64,000 nucleotides of DNA from Camelus dromedarius. Its lineage: Eukaryota. How positions within the stretch are numbered: the first letter of the stretch is position 1; each line of letters begins with the position of its first letter. A program made the position numbers and the translations under genes. The stretch covers positions 20,772,001 to 20,836,000 of the forward strand of contig NC_087436.1 in assembly GCF_036321535.1 (NCBI RefSeq). Direction: 5' to 3'. Of this stretch, positions 62,839-64,000 are shown piece after piece. The notes beneath the pieces were generated by a model. That model did no database searches. It was given only the letters and a program-made list of their open reading frames with translations, and was not told where the DNA came from.

Positions 62839-64000
62839 ATTATTGTTACTATTTCTCCGTCTGGTTCACCCCGTAATGTCAGGGGGGGAAAAAACTCGTT
62901 TTATAAACAAAACAAAACAAAAAATAAGGAAGGTTAGTTTGGATTGAATTTTCAAATTATGTCCCTAACAGAATAAATGTATTGAATAATTACTCTAAGA
63001 CCCCACTTGGCGAGCACTGTTTAGAAAATAAAATCCCAGGTTTGACACAGTGGTAACAACTCCGTGTATCCCATCCTCCTTTCTTAACTTTAGCTTTCCC
63101 CCTAGTTGGTGGGTGGGCTAACTAAACAGAGGCCTTTTACATGCTACTTTGCTATTTTCTAAACAGAGCTGCTATGCATGCTCTCTGGTTTATATACAAT
63201 GCATTGTTGTTTTTGAAAGCAAAGCACCCTTATAAATACTGTGTTTCAAAAGACGAAGCGTTGCAGGAAATAATCATATAAGTTATTTTACATTTGCATT
63301 AAATTTGCTGGTATTACTCATTTGTATTTCCATATGTTTTTGAAATTACTATGCTCAGGCACTAAAATTGTAATAACGTCCTTAACAGATTTATTTATTT
63401 ATTTTTCTTATAGATGAAAAGTCTGTGAAAATGGAAGAATCTGCTTTGTGCACGTTAAATACATCTTAAGACCTTATTGTTTTAGAAAGTTTCAATGAGT
63501 ACGCTGAGCAGAAAAACAAAATGACATGATTTCTCTGGAATAAATAAGACAACTCTCTTATTTAAATTATAAAACAATAAAGATTCATTTGCTGCCTGGG
63601 ACCTGCATTTCTTAAGATGAGAATTTTATGACTTGTTTATGGCTTTTATGGGCCACAAATAAAGGAAGAAGGAATTGGTAACATTCAGAGATCATAATCT
63701 CTCTTAAAATTCTGCAGTAGGAGACCAGACTGATAAGAGCAATTGTGTGTCATGCAAAAACAAATTCATGCTTTCAAAGACCATTAAACCTTGCTCGTGT
63801 GCAGGCATAGCACTGGCCTTATCATAAGACAGTTTTAGAACTATTTTTCCTAAAAATCTATCGGATATGGTTCACAGTTTTGCCAAGACTCGAAGGTAGC
63901 TCACAGGAGAGGTTGAAATACTGGAATCTTAGGATGGGAAAGACTGTGGTTCAGAAAGCAACCTAATCTGAATAGTTCTACTTGAAACTGAAAACCTTTG

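Noticed and set aside
1..64000. CRISPR arrays, operons, rRNA, numts, processed pseudogenes
   Set aside because: None seen. The sequence is eukaryotic repeat-rich non-coding DNA with no regularly spaced repeat-spacer array.

Overview
This is 64 kb of mammalian non-coding (intergenic or intronic) DNA. Three tRNA-derived vic-1-type SINEs point to a camelid (camel or alpaca lineage). I cannot support any protein-coding gene: the only ORFs I recognise are decayed LINE-1 ORF1/ORF2 fragments, and the rest are low-complexity or chance ORFs. The window is a mosaic of old repeats (MIR, L2, L1M, MaLR, LTR41-like, MER21-like, Tigger/hAT relics) and younger ones (L1 3' ends with target-site duplications (TSDs), vic-1 SINEs, two ERV1-type solo LTRs). 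It also has two repeat-poor, CpG-enriched stretches that look regulatory (about 26-29.9 kb and 48.2-53.4 kb, the latter containing a 200-N assembly gap). Two retroposition products stand out. First, a 350-bp TSD-flanked element at 44150-44499 joins the extreme 5' end of an L1 directly to the extreme 3' end of an L1, with the join immediately after an AG; this suggests a spliced or internally deleted non-autonomous mini-L1. Second, a 38-bp insertion at 713-750 is the polyadenylated 3' tip of a transcript from the same LTR family as the solo LTR at 17016-17607. Repeat family names come from my recall of consensus sequences, not from a database search, and boundaries without TSDs are approximate.
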